Source: Camelus dromedarius
Lineage: Eukaryota
DNA length: 64,000 nt
Direction of reading: 5' to 3'
NCBI RefSeq assembly: GCF_036321535.1
Contig: NC_087437.1
Coordinates: 101,868,001 to 101,932,000 of the forward strand
The notes beneath the pieces were generated by a model. It did not search any database and was not told where the DNA came from. It saw only the letters and a program-made list of their open reading frames with translations. Both the position numbers and the translations under genes were made by a program. Below are positions 41,171 to 52,232 of the stretch, one piece after another (the first letter of the stretch is position 1; each line of letters begins with the position of its first letter).

Positions 41171-43059
41171 ACGCTATGGAACAAAGCAAGAAGTGGCCTT
41201 TGATTTAATATGTAAAAGGCAGAGGAAAGTTGAAAGTCACTCCGAGGTTTATGTTTTAGGACAGCATAGAAATAACTGGCACTACCACAAGGAATGGAAG
41301 CACGCCCATCCTCTTTCCTTCAAAACATTAATGAAAATATAGGGCATATCCTTTGCCATTTTGCAGATAATGAAATGCAAGTTGGAGAGTAGAATTCTTT
41401 CAGAGATGTATGTAGAATTTAGAAATTCTTAATCCTTGCCTGGTCTGACAGAAATACTTCTTTTCTGTGAACCACATTGTTCAAACCTCTGATAAATGCC
41501 ATCATTTAATTGTAAGATAAAACAATAATTTTACAACAGAATTCAAAGTTGTAGTTCCCTTTACAATAAATGTCACAATCTTAAACTCACTCTGATTTGT
41601 AGGCAGTCCTCAAGTTTGATTTTTAAATAAGTTCCTTCCATTTATTTATCTCTCCTATTCCCCTATAATATTGCTATGCAATATACATGCACAGACCCAT
41701 GACTTTAAAAATAAAATCTTCTTAGTGAAAACATGAAAATTTCCCACAAAATACTTTTCAATGTATTACTACCCCAAGTGCTTATTTATGTGATACTTTT
41801 GTTTTATTCCTGCTGCATAAAGCAGAAAATATTACACAGAAATCAATGGACCATCATTTATATTTTCCTCCAAATTACAATATTTAGAGACCCTTACAAA
41901 CTTTTATTGTTCTGCCTACCTAATGTGCTCATAGTAATCATTTTATTACAGTGTTACTTAAGCTACTGCTGCTTTAGGTGTTAACAGCCATATTGTTTAA
42001 TCAATGACATCAAACTGTGGTGTTGAGAGTATAACTATACTTCTTCATAAACTGGTAGGTTGCAGTGCTGTGTTAAGTAAAACAAAATACAATTTATGCC
42101 TGTTGTTACCACGTATTTTTACTGCTAATTTTCTCTTGAAATCTTTTCTGTTAAATCAATGGCAAGAGAGTATTTTATACTAATTTTTGTTTTCAGTTTT
42201 TAAGTTACATTAATGACATCTCCTGGTTTCCCTACTGAGTCTCCTGAAATGGAAATCTGACAGCTAAGTGTAATATATAGCTCATTTAGTTTAAAAATAA
42301 AGTGAATATCTGTATATTTATAGTAGTACAATATGGATTTATTCTGATAATTGCTAAGGTGTTTTGAGCCAAAGCATTTAAAATATTGAGAAAAGTTGAA
42401 AATATACTGGCATAAATATTTGGGTTTTTTTAGCATGGTGGAAATTCTTAACCAAAATGAGCCTTTGATATGAGAGCAAAGTGAGTCAGATGAGTAAAGG
42501 TCTCTGGAGATGAGCAATTTCCTCCTGTAAGGTAAATGTAAACATTTCAGGAGAGCAGGGTACTGTGTACAAAGGAAGAAAAGATGATTAACTAAACTAC
42601 TTGCTGTCCTAGAGAAATCAATTTGCTTCATTGGGAAAGCCATTTATTCTCAGAGTATTTTACTTATTCAGATTCATGACTGGGTCACGTGCTTACTTCC
42701 TGCTCATGAGTCAACCTTTATTTATGAAAGATAAAAATAAATTCATTATCATTTGTTTTTCTTGTTCTTTTGAAGGTAGCAAATATGTTAAACTGAGAAC
42801 ATGGAAGGGTTTAGGCATCAGACAGAAAATGTTATATGCTTGTTAATATCTAAATGTGTAATTTTAATCAAAACCTTTATTCAATTTAATGACATTTCCA
42901 ATTTTAGGTATTTTAATGGCTGGCATCAAAAATAAGCATGTAATATTTCTGTCTTCCTAGCACAAATACTGAAGCTTATAGTTCTATTATCGTTTTTAAT
43001 GTTCTAATATACCATGTACTGAGTTATGCAGTGCAGTATTTAATTAAAAATGAGAAATA

Positions 43060-43615
43060 AACACACAGACAGGTCTAGTGGGGGCAAAGTGTCCACATGG
43101 ACTACAGTCACCATTCAGTCTGACACTGATATGTGGATGGAAACAGAAAAGAACCAGAGTAGCCAGTGGGCTAACCTCAGAACGGTTTGGCTAGTGACAA
43201 CGCAGGAGCCCATGTCATAATTCTAAAAGGATTAACCCCATAGCTTGGACAATGGGAAGCGAGGGGTGGATGATGATGAGTAATGAGTGACTTACTTCAC
43301 ACTCCTTGGTGAGAGGGAACTACTTAATCCCCTCTGAGATTCCACTGTCCTGCTGCAAGCTGGACCTGTTTAAACATACACCATGGAGAAAGGGGACCAG
43401 GTCGAGGTCCTGGTCTGGCATCAGGTTCCATCCCCTGTCTATTTCATTTCCTTATAGTGTTGCCTCTCCAGGTCAACACGCATGGTATGTACAACCAGGT
43501 CTATTTCCTAAAGCAGCAACCACATTAATATCTAAGGATCAAGCCACAGTGTAGTTCTTACAGAAAGGGAAGACCTTCCCATCAAAGTTCCTACTAAATA
43601 TATGCATTTTTAACC
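43060..43615 (+). mobile_element. pol: Class III ERV pol remnant: RNase H joined by deletion to the integrase C-terminus
   Basis: From 43065: 'TDRSSGGKVSTWTTVTIQSDTDMWMETEKNQSSQWANLRTVWLVTTQEP', matching the class III RNase H pattern TDGSS...SSQWAELRAV. Then 'PGQHAWYVQPG...EDLPIKVPTKY'. Confidence 0.75.
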
Positions 43616-43619
43616 TTAA

Positions 43620-44900
43620 GTCTTCTACTGTGGTTTCCAGTCACAGAAGGGGCATCTGATGGAAACAACTTTCACCAGTGGGCCCATTCATATGACCAGC
43701 AAGGGAATCTATCCAACTGTTGGGTATGTGGGCTGCCTGTATCAGCTTGTCAGGATTTCCATGGTGCTATCACCACTCCAGGGAAAGGCCTGGAGGACCT
43801 TAAAGCAGTACATTAAGGAAGAACAAGCCAGGACTAGTACTCCTAATTCATCTTACACTACCAATACTAATCCAGACACCTGGTCTGCAGCACACCCTAC
43901 CAATAACACTGGGCATGGGTACTCTTTTTCTTTTTTTTTTTGGTCAATCAAACTACTCAGGCAGCGTGCCAAACAGCTGACCAGAAGGGTCCTAAAATTG
44001 CCAGCATCAGAGCCACTTGTGGTTACACTCAGACTGGGGATGGATTCCTGTGACCTACCCCAGGTTACAGACATTTGAGCACTTGTGCACCCTTAAGTTG
44101 GGAACAGAAAAATCACTCTAAACAGAACCAACCGAACTGTACCAGGAATATGGGGTGGGTGTCACCAGAACCAGGTGGTCGTTCTGCTACATCGAAGGAA
44201 AGCAACTGGCCTGGCACTGACTCATTAAGCAGCCCAGGTAGTTACTGGGTAGCACCGAATGGGACACAGTGGTTGTGCGGCACAAATCTTTGGCCATGGC
44301 TTCCACCTGGGTGGTTGGGCTGCTACACCCTAGGTTTTCTCCGGACAGAGGGGAGAATCTGCCCCACGTTAATGAAATTTGCCAACCTCCCCTCTCCTCA
44401 AAGCCAGATAGACACTTTCTGTTTTCCACTGGTACAATCATTTGGCCATTGTTTTTGGTCCCTCCATTGGCCTAGAGAATGTTATAGCACATATAGAAGC
44501 CCTTACTCACTTACCCAGCAGCAAGCCTAAAACGCTAAAGCTTTTCCTTCAGGAATACTGAAAGACTCTAATGAGAAAAGGCACCTGCCAAAATAGGATA
44601 GCCTTGGACATTACTCCTGTCTCACCATGAGACACCTGTGCCAATATCCAAATAGAATGTTGTGTTCCTACCTGAAGAGTCTGCTAATGCACCCTCTTTA
44701 TTAAGACGCCTGAGGACACACGTGAACTCGGTAAATGATCTGCCCCAACCCAGGAGATTTAAATCAGTGTTTCAGCTCATGAGGCTCCAGGTGGAAAAAA
44801 TGGCTACCTATTTTGGGAATCATTATCTTAACAGTTCTTTCTCTTACATGCGCCTATATTGTTGCTGTGGCATCTGCCACCAATGCAGCCAGCATCTCTG
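43620..44900 (+). pseudogene. env: Decayed retroviral env (gamma-type SU and TM)
   Basis: CWVC (CXXC) at 43718-43729; 'APNGTQWLCGTNLWPWLPPGWLGCYTLGF'; fusion-peptide region 'SVFHWYNHLAIVFGPSIGLENVIAHIEAL'; ISD-like QNRIALD at 44589-44609; CX6CC at 44637-44663; hydrophobic TM 'ILGIIILTVLSL'. Frameshifts and stops are present. Confidence 0.9.
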
Positions 44901-44982
44901 TGCTAATAAAACGCCTTGCTGACGGCTCAGGGCAGAAGAGGGTGGCCTGTAATACTGTAAGAGCCGGTCAGGACAGGTGGAG

Positions 44983-45393
44983 TGTTGAAGGACGTCATGG
45001 AGAGCATTTGAAGGCAAATGAGCTCAATTCAGGCAATTAGAGGCTCCTTACCCCTCCTCTGTCCTTGGAATGTATGCCCTGCCCACTTTTCCTGCACCAG
45101 GAGTCCCTTCCAGGACTGAACCATAAGAAAGTAATGTGTTGTCGAGGCCACTTTGACTATGCATGTGGCTTAACTCCGTTAAGGCCTCATATAAACTCCT
45201 TAGATTCTGGCAGGTGGGGAGGGACAACTACTCATTTCGAACCACCCCAGACAAGCCTCGTAAGCAAGACCTTTACTTATCAAAACCGCCACTTACCAAT
45301 CTGGAGTGGAGTGTCTCTTTCTTCAGTCTCTCCTTGCCCTTCGAGCTCGGAGGCCAGGTTCAGACTTCACCCCAGGAAACTGACGATGTTTCA
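44983..45393 (+). mobile_element. 3' LTR of the class III/gamma-env provirus
   Basis: Follows env and the PPT-like 'caggtggag|TGT'. Contains a TATA-like 'catataaa' (~45188) and a U5-like pyrimidine tract. The 3' boundary is uncertain by ~10 bp. Confidence 0.7.
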
Positions 45394-45414
45394 GACCAAT
45401 ATCCAGGGAGAAGA

Positions 45415-46030
45415 CCGGCTGGGCGGCGCTGAGCAACGGCTGCAGCGCAGAGAATCGCTGAAACAGGCCGAGACGCCAGAGAGTCCGCCAACCTCCCAGA
45501 AGAAGCGGGATCTCGCGGGATCTCGCGGGATCTCCGGGCTCCTACGGTGGCCTGCAGGGCAGAGCGGGGATGGGAAACACCTGTGGTCTGGGCGCCAGAG
45601 GCTGCTCGCGCCAGGTTTGTTAGTAAGAGGTGTGGGTCCTGTCGTCTACCGGGAATACCCCAGTTCTTGTGGACACCTCTGAGCTGCCCCCAACGCAGTC
45701 ACAGCGCGGTGGAGCCTGCGTGAGACCTGCCAGGTACTGGGGGGCGGGCGCCGGCACGGGCTGTGTGGGGGTGGGAGTGAAGTGCTCATGGTGGGGCTGC
45801 AAACCTGAGAACCTTCCAGGAGCCCACAGGGCCTGAGGCAGCGAAGCAGGTTTCCAGTACAGAAGCCTGGGGCTCTCTCTGATGTCTGCCAAGGTCCAAG
45901 GCCTCATTGACCCAGACATGAGTTCCGTTGCACATTCTTGGGGCGAGTTGTTTCTCCCGGCGGCTTAGGGGTGTCTAAAATTCACCCCAAGAGACCACTG
46001 CTACCCGTTCATGGCGCCTTTTCCGTGGAG
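45415..46030. promoter_or_regulatory. CpG island / candidate promoter
   Basis: Roughly 30 CpGs in 45415-45760 by hand count, in an otherwise CpG-depleted window. Contains (GCGGGATCTC)x3 and a GC box at ~45739-45750. Confidence 0.65.
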
Positions 46031-46119
46031 AGCAATCTTAGAGCATTATTTTCTTTTTCTGACGTATCGCAGCCATCTGTATTTATATTTATCAATAGAT
46101 CTATCCTTATTTATAGGTA

Positions 46120-46516
46120 GAGACAGGTATATTGATACAGACACACGAGAAAGGAGAGATTTATTTTAAAGAATTGACTCATTTGATTGAAGAGGTTGGC
46201 AAGGCTAAAATCAGCAGGGTCAGCCAGCAGGTTGGAGATTTAAAGAGGTGATGTTGCAGCTAGAATCTGAAGACAGTATGGTGGTAGAATTCCTGCCCCT
46301 CTCGCTCTGAACCTGTCTCTTTTCTTAAGGTCTTCAACTGATTAGGTGGGACCCAACCACTTAATGGACGATAATCTACTTTATTCTAAGTCTACTGAAT
46401 GAAATGTTAATCTAATCTCATCTGAAAAATACATTCATAGACACATTCAGACTGATATTTAATCAAGTATGGGTTCTGTTGCCTAGCTAAGTTAACACAT
46501 AATATCAACCATCACA
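46120..46516 (-). mobile_element. MLT2-family ERV-L solo LTR
   Basis: 'gagatttattttaaagaattgactcat', 'cttaaggtcttcaactgattagg', and end 'ctagctaagttaacacataatatcaaccatcaca'. Confidence 0.85.
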
Positions 46517-47102
46517 GTTACCTACTATCTGACAGAAAATGCATGTCTGTATGTGTGTGTTTTCAGTATTGCTGTCCACATTGCTTCACTTTATCGGTTT
46601 CATTTGTCTACCTCGAACTATGTCTGGTCATATTTTCACAAATTGTAAAGTAATTCTCTGTCGTCTAATGTAATCTTAGTGTATCTCTTCTGTATCTGCC
46701 AGTTTTTACTGAAATTGGCTTCCCTTTGTGATAGTTCTCTTTGACTTTCAGAACTTTGCCTTTTTTCTTTTCTGTACATTTTCTTACTTGCCTGTACCTG
46801 TGAGAGGTCCTTTATGGTTCAACTGGCTTTTGGATGAAGAAAGCCTGTCAGTGCTACTTGATAAAAATCTCCCTCATTCTACAGATTACAGGGTTTTATT
46901 TGGTGAAGTATCAACATTTATATATTCCTCAAATCCAACATTAATTTTTAATCCTTTTTCTAGTTTTTATATACTTCAGTATGGCCAGTGCCAATTTTGT
47001 ATTGATGCCAACAAAATATAAGTTAAAAATCTAAAATAAAGCCAACTTAACATGCATTTTTCACTAAGCATAGAATTTAATAGGCACAGAATTTTTCAAG
47101 TA

Positions 47103-47408
47103 CAGGAATACCTCAGAGATATTGCAGGTTTAGTTCCAGACCACTGCAAAAAAGTGAGTTATGCTTTTTTTTTTTTTTTGGTTTTTCAGTGCACGTGAAA
47201 TTAATGTTTCCACTTGACTGTAGTCTATTACGTATGCAATAACATTATGTTTAAAAAACAATGTACATAACTTAAAAATAATGCTTTTGGAAAAATGGGG
47301 CTGATAGACTTGCTAGACACAGGGTTGACACAAACTTTCAATTTATTAAAAAAACACAATATTTGTGAAGTGCAATAAAGCAAAGTGTAATAAAATTAGA
47401 ATCACCTG
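47103..47408 (-). mobile_element. Internally deleted Tigger1-type DNA transposon (TcMar)
   Basis: TA|CAGGAATACCTCAGAGATATTGCAGGTTTAGTTCCAGACCAC at the left end and 'gtgaagtgcaataaagcaaagtgtaataaaa...cacctg' at the right end correspond to the two Tigger1 termini. Confidence 0.85.
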
Positions 47409-50400
47409 AATGGTCCCATACATCACCAAATTAATAAGCTGCTACTTGCTGTTAGGAACCTGAATAGAGCTTCATGAGCCAAATGTATTGAATACTCAAT
47501 ACAGTATCTGGTGCTTAGTAGGTAGGCAATGAATAACATTAAAATAAATATTATTAAATGAGGTTGCTATATTGACTTGCCAAAATGCTTTTCATTATGG
47601 GAAGTACCATGTGGTTTAAATGAAATACAAAATATGGCTCATGCCCACAAGCAATTTTTAAATTACACTGATAACTTCAATCTTTAATACATAAAACACT
47701 AATAAGCATCATGAATAGTATAGCTTAAAGACACTGTAAGTCCCTATATTATATTATACTATTCAAATTAAGGTGATACGTAATGGTGTGACTTTGTAAA
47801 ACAAAAAGGCATCGTTTTCAAAAGGTATGTGGAATAATTGACAAATTTTCTAAGGCTACGTGTAGGGTCCTCTAAGAGTTGGAATTAGTGATGCCATGTT
47901 GGGCAGACTTCAAGAATTTGTTGTAGTAATGAACAGTTTGAAATTTGGCAATCTCTATGCAAAATAGAATGATGGGGGATTATGGAAAAGGCAATATGAT
48001 AGCTTTATAAATATCAGATATTACAGAAAACCTTACAAAACATTTGGCCACAGCAATATATTTACAAGAAATTTCTTTCACCTGTAAAGCAAAACTAAAC
48101 CAGTGAGCAAGAAAATAAGAGCGAGAGAGAGAGCTTGGAAATGTTTTTCAGGAATGTACAACTTTGTGTCTACTAAAATAAGGAGAAACACCTGACACAA
48201 ACTCTTTTCTAAGAATAGCACACCCAATAAACCAGCTATAAAATTAATATTAAAAGCCAATTCTCAGTATTAAAAAAAATCACTGTCTTTGCAGAGTATA
48301 CGACTTAAGCTAATTTGCTTCTCTGACTAATACCTATAACAAAATCTCACTGGTATAGTCATCAGTGACTTATTGGCAATATAAAATAATTGAAATTATC
48401 AACAGATAAAATTAAAGGAGAAGGTTTAAATGATAGAATTATAGTACATGCCAGCAATTTCTCAAAGTGAATTACCCAAATATAATTGCAGATCTCTGCT
48501 GTGTTTTAAAGTTCAACAGCCTGAAATGTTATTGAATTATGCATGCATTAATAAGACACTGCATACCAAAAGGGGGAAAATAACAGAAATGGTTTAAAAT
48601 CTATATGAGCTCGAAATCTATTAATGGTGTCTACGAATTATGTGCTCCATTTTCTGTTACATTCACTTCAGATGCAGCAACCAAGAAGTATGAAGCTAAT
48701 AGAAATGATCCATTTATGTATTATCATATTAATCTTTTCACTAAAATCTTAAGACCTAGAACTCATGCTTTTTATATTATTTTGCTTCAAAAAGTTGACT
48801 TTTTATGTATCTGCCTTCATAGAGGTTTTGTATTTTAACATAAATTTCAACTTCTTAACATGGTCTTTCATATAGACACTCAGATGACATGGTTTATTAA
48901 CCTATTCCCTTTTTGAAGGGTTAAGTTCCTATAAAGAAGATAGAGCATAGATGGTATAAAATGATGTTTATGGTCCCTCTTTTTGCATTTCTAATGAAAC
49001 CAGTATTACTTAATTGAGGGTCATTTCCATTGGCAAACTTACAAATATTATGTTTACTGATTAGAAACATATAGTGATGTCTTACATAATACTGATTAAG
49101 GCATTTAATAGTGGGAGTTAAAGTCTAGCATAATTTAAAGGAGAACATTTTATCTACAATGTATTCATAGGATTTGGGCATAATTGAAGAGATACTCTAA
49201 AATGCTAAGAAACGTGAAGGAAGAATAACAACTGAAATTGAAAAACAGTCCAATTCTAAGCGATTAGAGATACAGTTTTCTGATGGGTATAGGTTTTTCT
49301 CTCAAATTCTTAGACATGAGAGATTCATTCCAAACTACTTGAGAATACACATACGCACCTAGAACTGTCTGCAAACTGAATAGCTAAGACATATGCATTC
49401 TTACAGACGTGCTTATCTTTAAACATTCTCAAATCTTTATGAAATAAAATGCACATCTGACCAATATTCTGTTGGATTTATGATGCTTTTATCTCAATTG
49501 ATATATACAGAGAATGTAGCTGCTAGTTAAAGAAAGATGTGAAAAATAGGAGAGTATTTTGAAAGAAGAGAGTTGGACAAATCTTTTGTATGTGATTTGT
49601 AGGGAGGGGGATACACATTATAGAATGTAACTCTTGATTTATAAAGTAAAGTTCATATTTGAAAATAGAGCTGCTTGCTTAAGACATATATTTTAATTAA
49701 TCAGAAAAATATATTACACAATAGAAAATTAAACTTAAAAATTTTTTTTTCATTAGTGCAGTATATCCTTATTGTTTTAAAAATATGCCTATGAGTCTTA
49801 CAATGAAAACCTTTACTCACTTTCTCTATCTCTTTTCTATGTTCATACACTTTCAAAGCAGCCATTCTCAATTCATGCACTACCTTTTCACAGAACTTAT
49901 CTCTCTCTTTCTAGATTCCCCGATTGAAAGGCTGTTTCATGATTTATGTATTTTATGCATAATCTCATGAGTGCTTCATCAAGGAAGATGAAATATTCCC
50001 ACCAATATTTTCATTATCATCGTCCCTTATAGTTAAACCAAAGTATTTGATTAAATAATCTTTACAGTCTATGTAAACACTAATCAATACTGAGTTTAAG
50101 TAATATAATACAATATTTTTTCTTTTACATCTCTTTATTTTTCTTTGTTTAACTATTGTCTCATTATTTTCCCTCATGTGATTTTCTACTTAGTTATTTT
50201 TAATTGTACACGGTAAACAATTCTGCCACTTACTTTTCAACAATGTAATTAAATGTTCAAACACCAGTTCTGTTTGCTTTTCTTCTAAAGACCTCTACCT
50301 GGAATCCGCAGCCCTCTGACTGCTATTTGGGATGTGTGTTTTTTAGGTCTGCAATGTGGAAATCCAACTGTAGGATTTTTATATAATCATTTTAGGACTT

Positions 50401-50819
50401 CCAATCACATATCTCCTGCATAGATCCACTGTCACAAGAATTCCTTCTTTTTTATATTTGATTCATAGTCTACTTTTCTGGAGCACATCTTTCCTTCGTT
50501 TCATTAGCTTCTTAATATACACAGTAAGTTAATCACTACATATTGTTAAATTTAGCAAAAATGCTTCTCACATAGTTTTTGAAGTTTTGGGGGAAATACA
50601 TTTAATATCTATAGACATTATACATTTAATATTATCTAGAAATAATACGTGGTTGCCACTTTAAAGATAACTTGAAATATCTTACTAACAAAACCTAAAC
50701 ATTTTATTAGGTTTTCTGTCATCACATTTTATACATTATCTATTGTATATTATTAGCTCTATCCTAGTTCATATCATTATTATTCAATTCAATAAAATAT
50801 TTGCTAACTCTTTGCTAAA

Positions 50820-51115
50820 GAAGTGATAAGTGACTTATGAAGGACACTGTGAGGCTTGTTTCCCTCATCTGTAATATAATGAAAGGAATGCATATTTTCG
50901 AGGGTTGTATACATCTTGAAAAAGTACACATGCAAATATAAACAGAGTTTACTGAGTGTTTCCTCAGTGGCAGACACCATTCTATGTAGTTAATCTCAAT
51001 TAAATAATCTAACCTTGCAATAACCCTGATACATTGATACTAAAAAATACAAATTGTAGATGAGGAACAAGCTTAGGCACAGAGAAATTTAGTGGTTTGA
51101 TCAGGGTCACAAATT
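50820..51115. mobile_element. Two MIR fragments in opposite orientation
   Basis: 'ttgtttccctcatctgtaat' (+ core) and 'ttgtagatgaggaacaagcttaggcacagagaaatttagtggtttg' (- core). Confidence 0.6.
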
Positions 51116-51852
51116 CACAACCATGCCCATATACTTAATATATTGTTATTAGATAAATGATCATTTGTTAGTGTGGTACCAAAACAACTACTTAGCTGTA
51201 ACATACATATAAATTTGGTGTATGTGCCATAATTTCTCACCATGGTCATATTTATTAAAATATGCATTGCTTTCAAAAAGTAAAATCTACATTATTCTTA
51301 CCTACAGATTGTGTTTTTTTCTAGAGTGATGCAGACAATAATATGTTTTATTTAAATTTGTATTACCTTAGTGTGAATATAAATTTTGTTAAGAGAATCA
51401 TTCTGTCATTCTTTGGATCAAACATTCTGACCAATGGAACAATTATTTGGTAATATAAACTAGAGTTTAGTCTTGATTTGAATATGCTATTAAATAAATA
51501 CCAAATTTAATCTAACTTGTAAGGTAACTGTATCTTGTGTTTTCTTAAAAGCTGGCATAGTTTCTCATAGTTACTTTCAGTCTCTTATAAGGGAAAAGAA
51601 ATAGAAATTGTATTATTGATAATATAGAGAACTTTTAAGGAAATAAGAAAAATAATATTTATATCCTATTTGTATAAAGATATGATATGTTTAATAATTA
51701 AATTACTGAAAATACATGTGTATTTGTGGAAATGAACATTATTCAGATAAACGAGATGGCAGTCTGTTCTTTGGCTTGCAACACTATATTGTGAAACCAA
51801 GTTTATATTAAGAGAGGGATTAAAACATTTTAATAAAGGGATAACTGGATTT

Positions 51853-52232
51853 TTGCCAGAGATTTGCAGTTTTCTCGCTCAACCCATTTATTCATCTTCC
51901 TGGATGTATACTTAGGCCACACTTAGCAGATTCCCTTGTATTTAGTGTAGCCATGTGATTGAGTTCTGGTTAACTGGATGAATAAGCTAATGACATTTCC
52001 AGACTAGTCACAAAAAAAATTTCCCCATATATAATTCTATTTTTTGTTTCTTCTTTATTCACCTCAGTGGTTAAGACCTCAAGATCATAAGGAAGGATAG
52101 AACCAAACATGGATGGAATCTTGGTCTCTAAGTGGATTAAATATGAATAAAAATGACAAATAATCATGATATTAAGCCAATGAGATTTTTTTGTTGTTGA
52201 TTGTAACCACATATATTTTACTCTGACTAAAG
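51853..52232 (+). mobile_element. Old MaLR LTR (MLT1J-like)
   Basis: 'cccttgtatttagtgtagccatgtgattgagttctgg' and 'ttaagccaatgagattt...ctgactaa'. Confidence 0.65.

Noticed and set aside
43620..44900. Intact syncytin-like env gene
   Set aside because: Multiple frameshifts, an in-frame TGA just before CX6CC, and a degraded furin site.
45065..45682. 205-aa ORF, the longest in the track
   Set aside because: Non-ATG start, spans the LTR and the GC-rich island where stops are rare, and shows no recognisable domain.
47772..47824. Small exon-like segment ending AAG|GTATGT
   Set aside because: Stops occur in all three frames and the acceptor is weak, so it is unsupported as coding.
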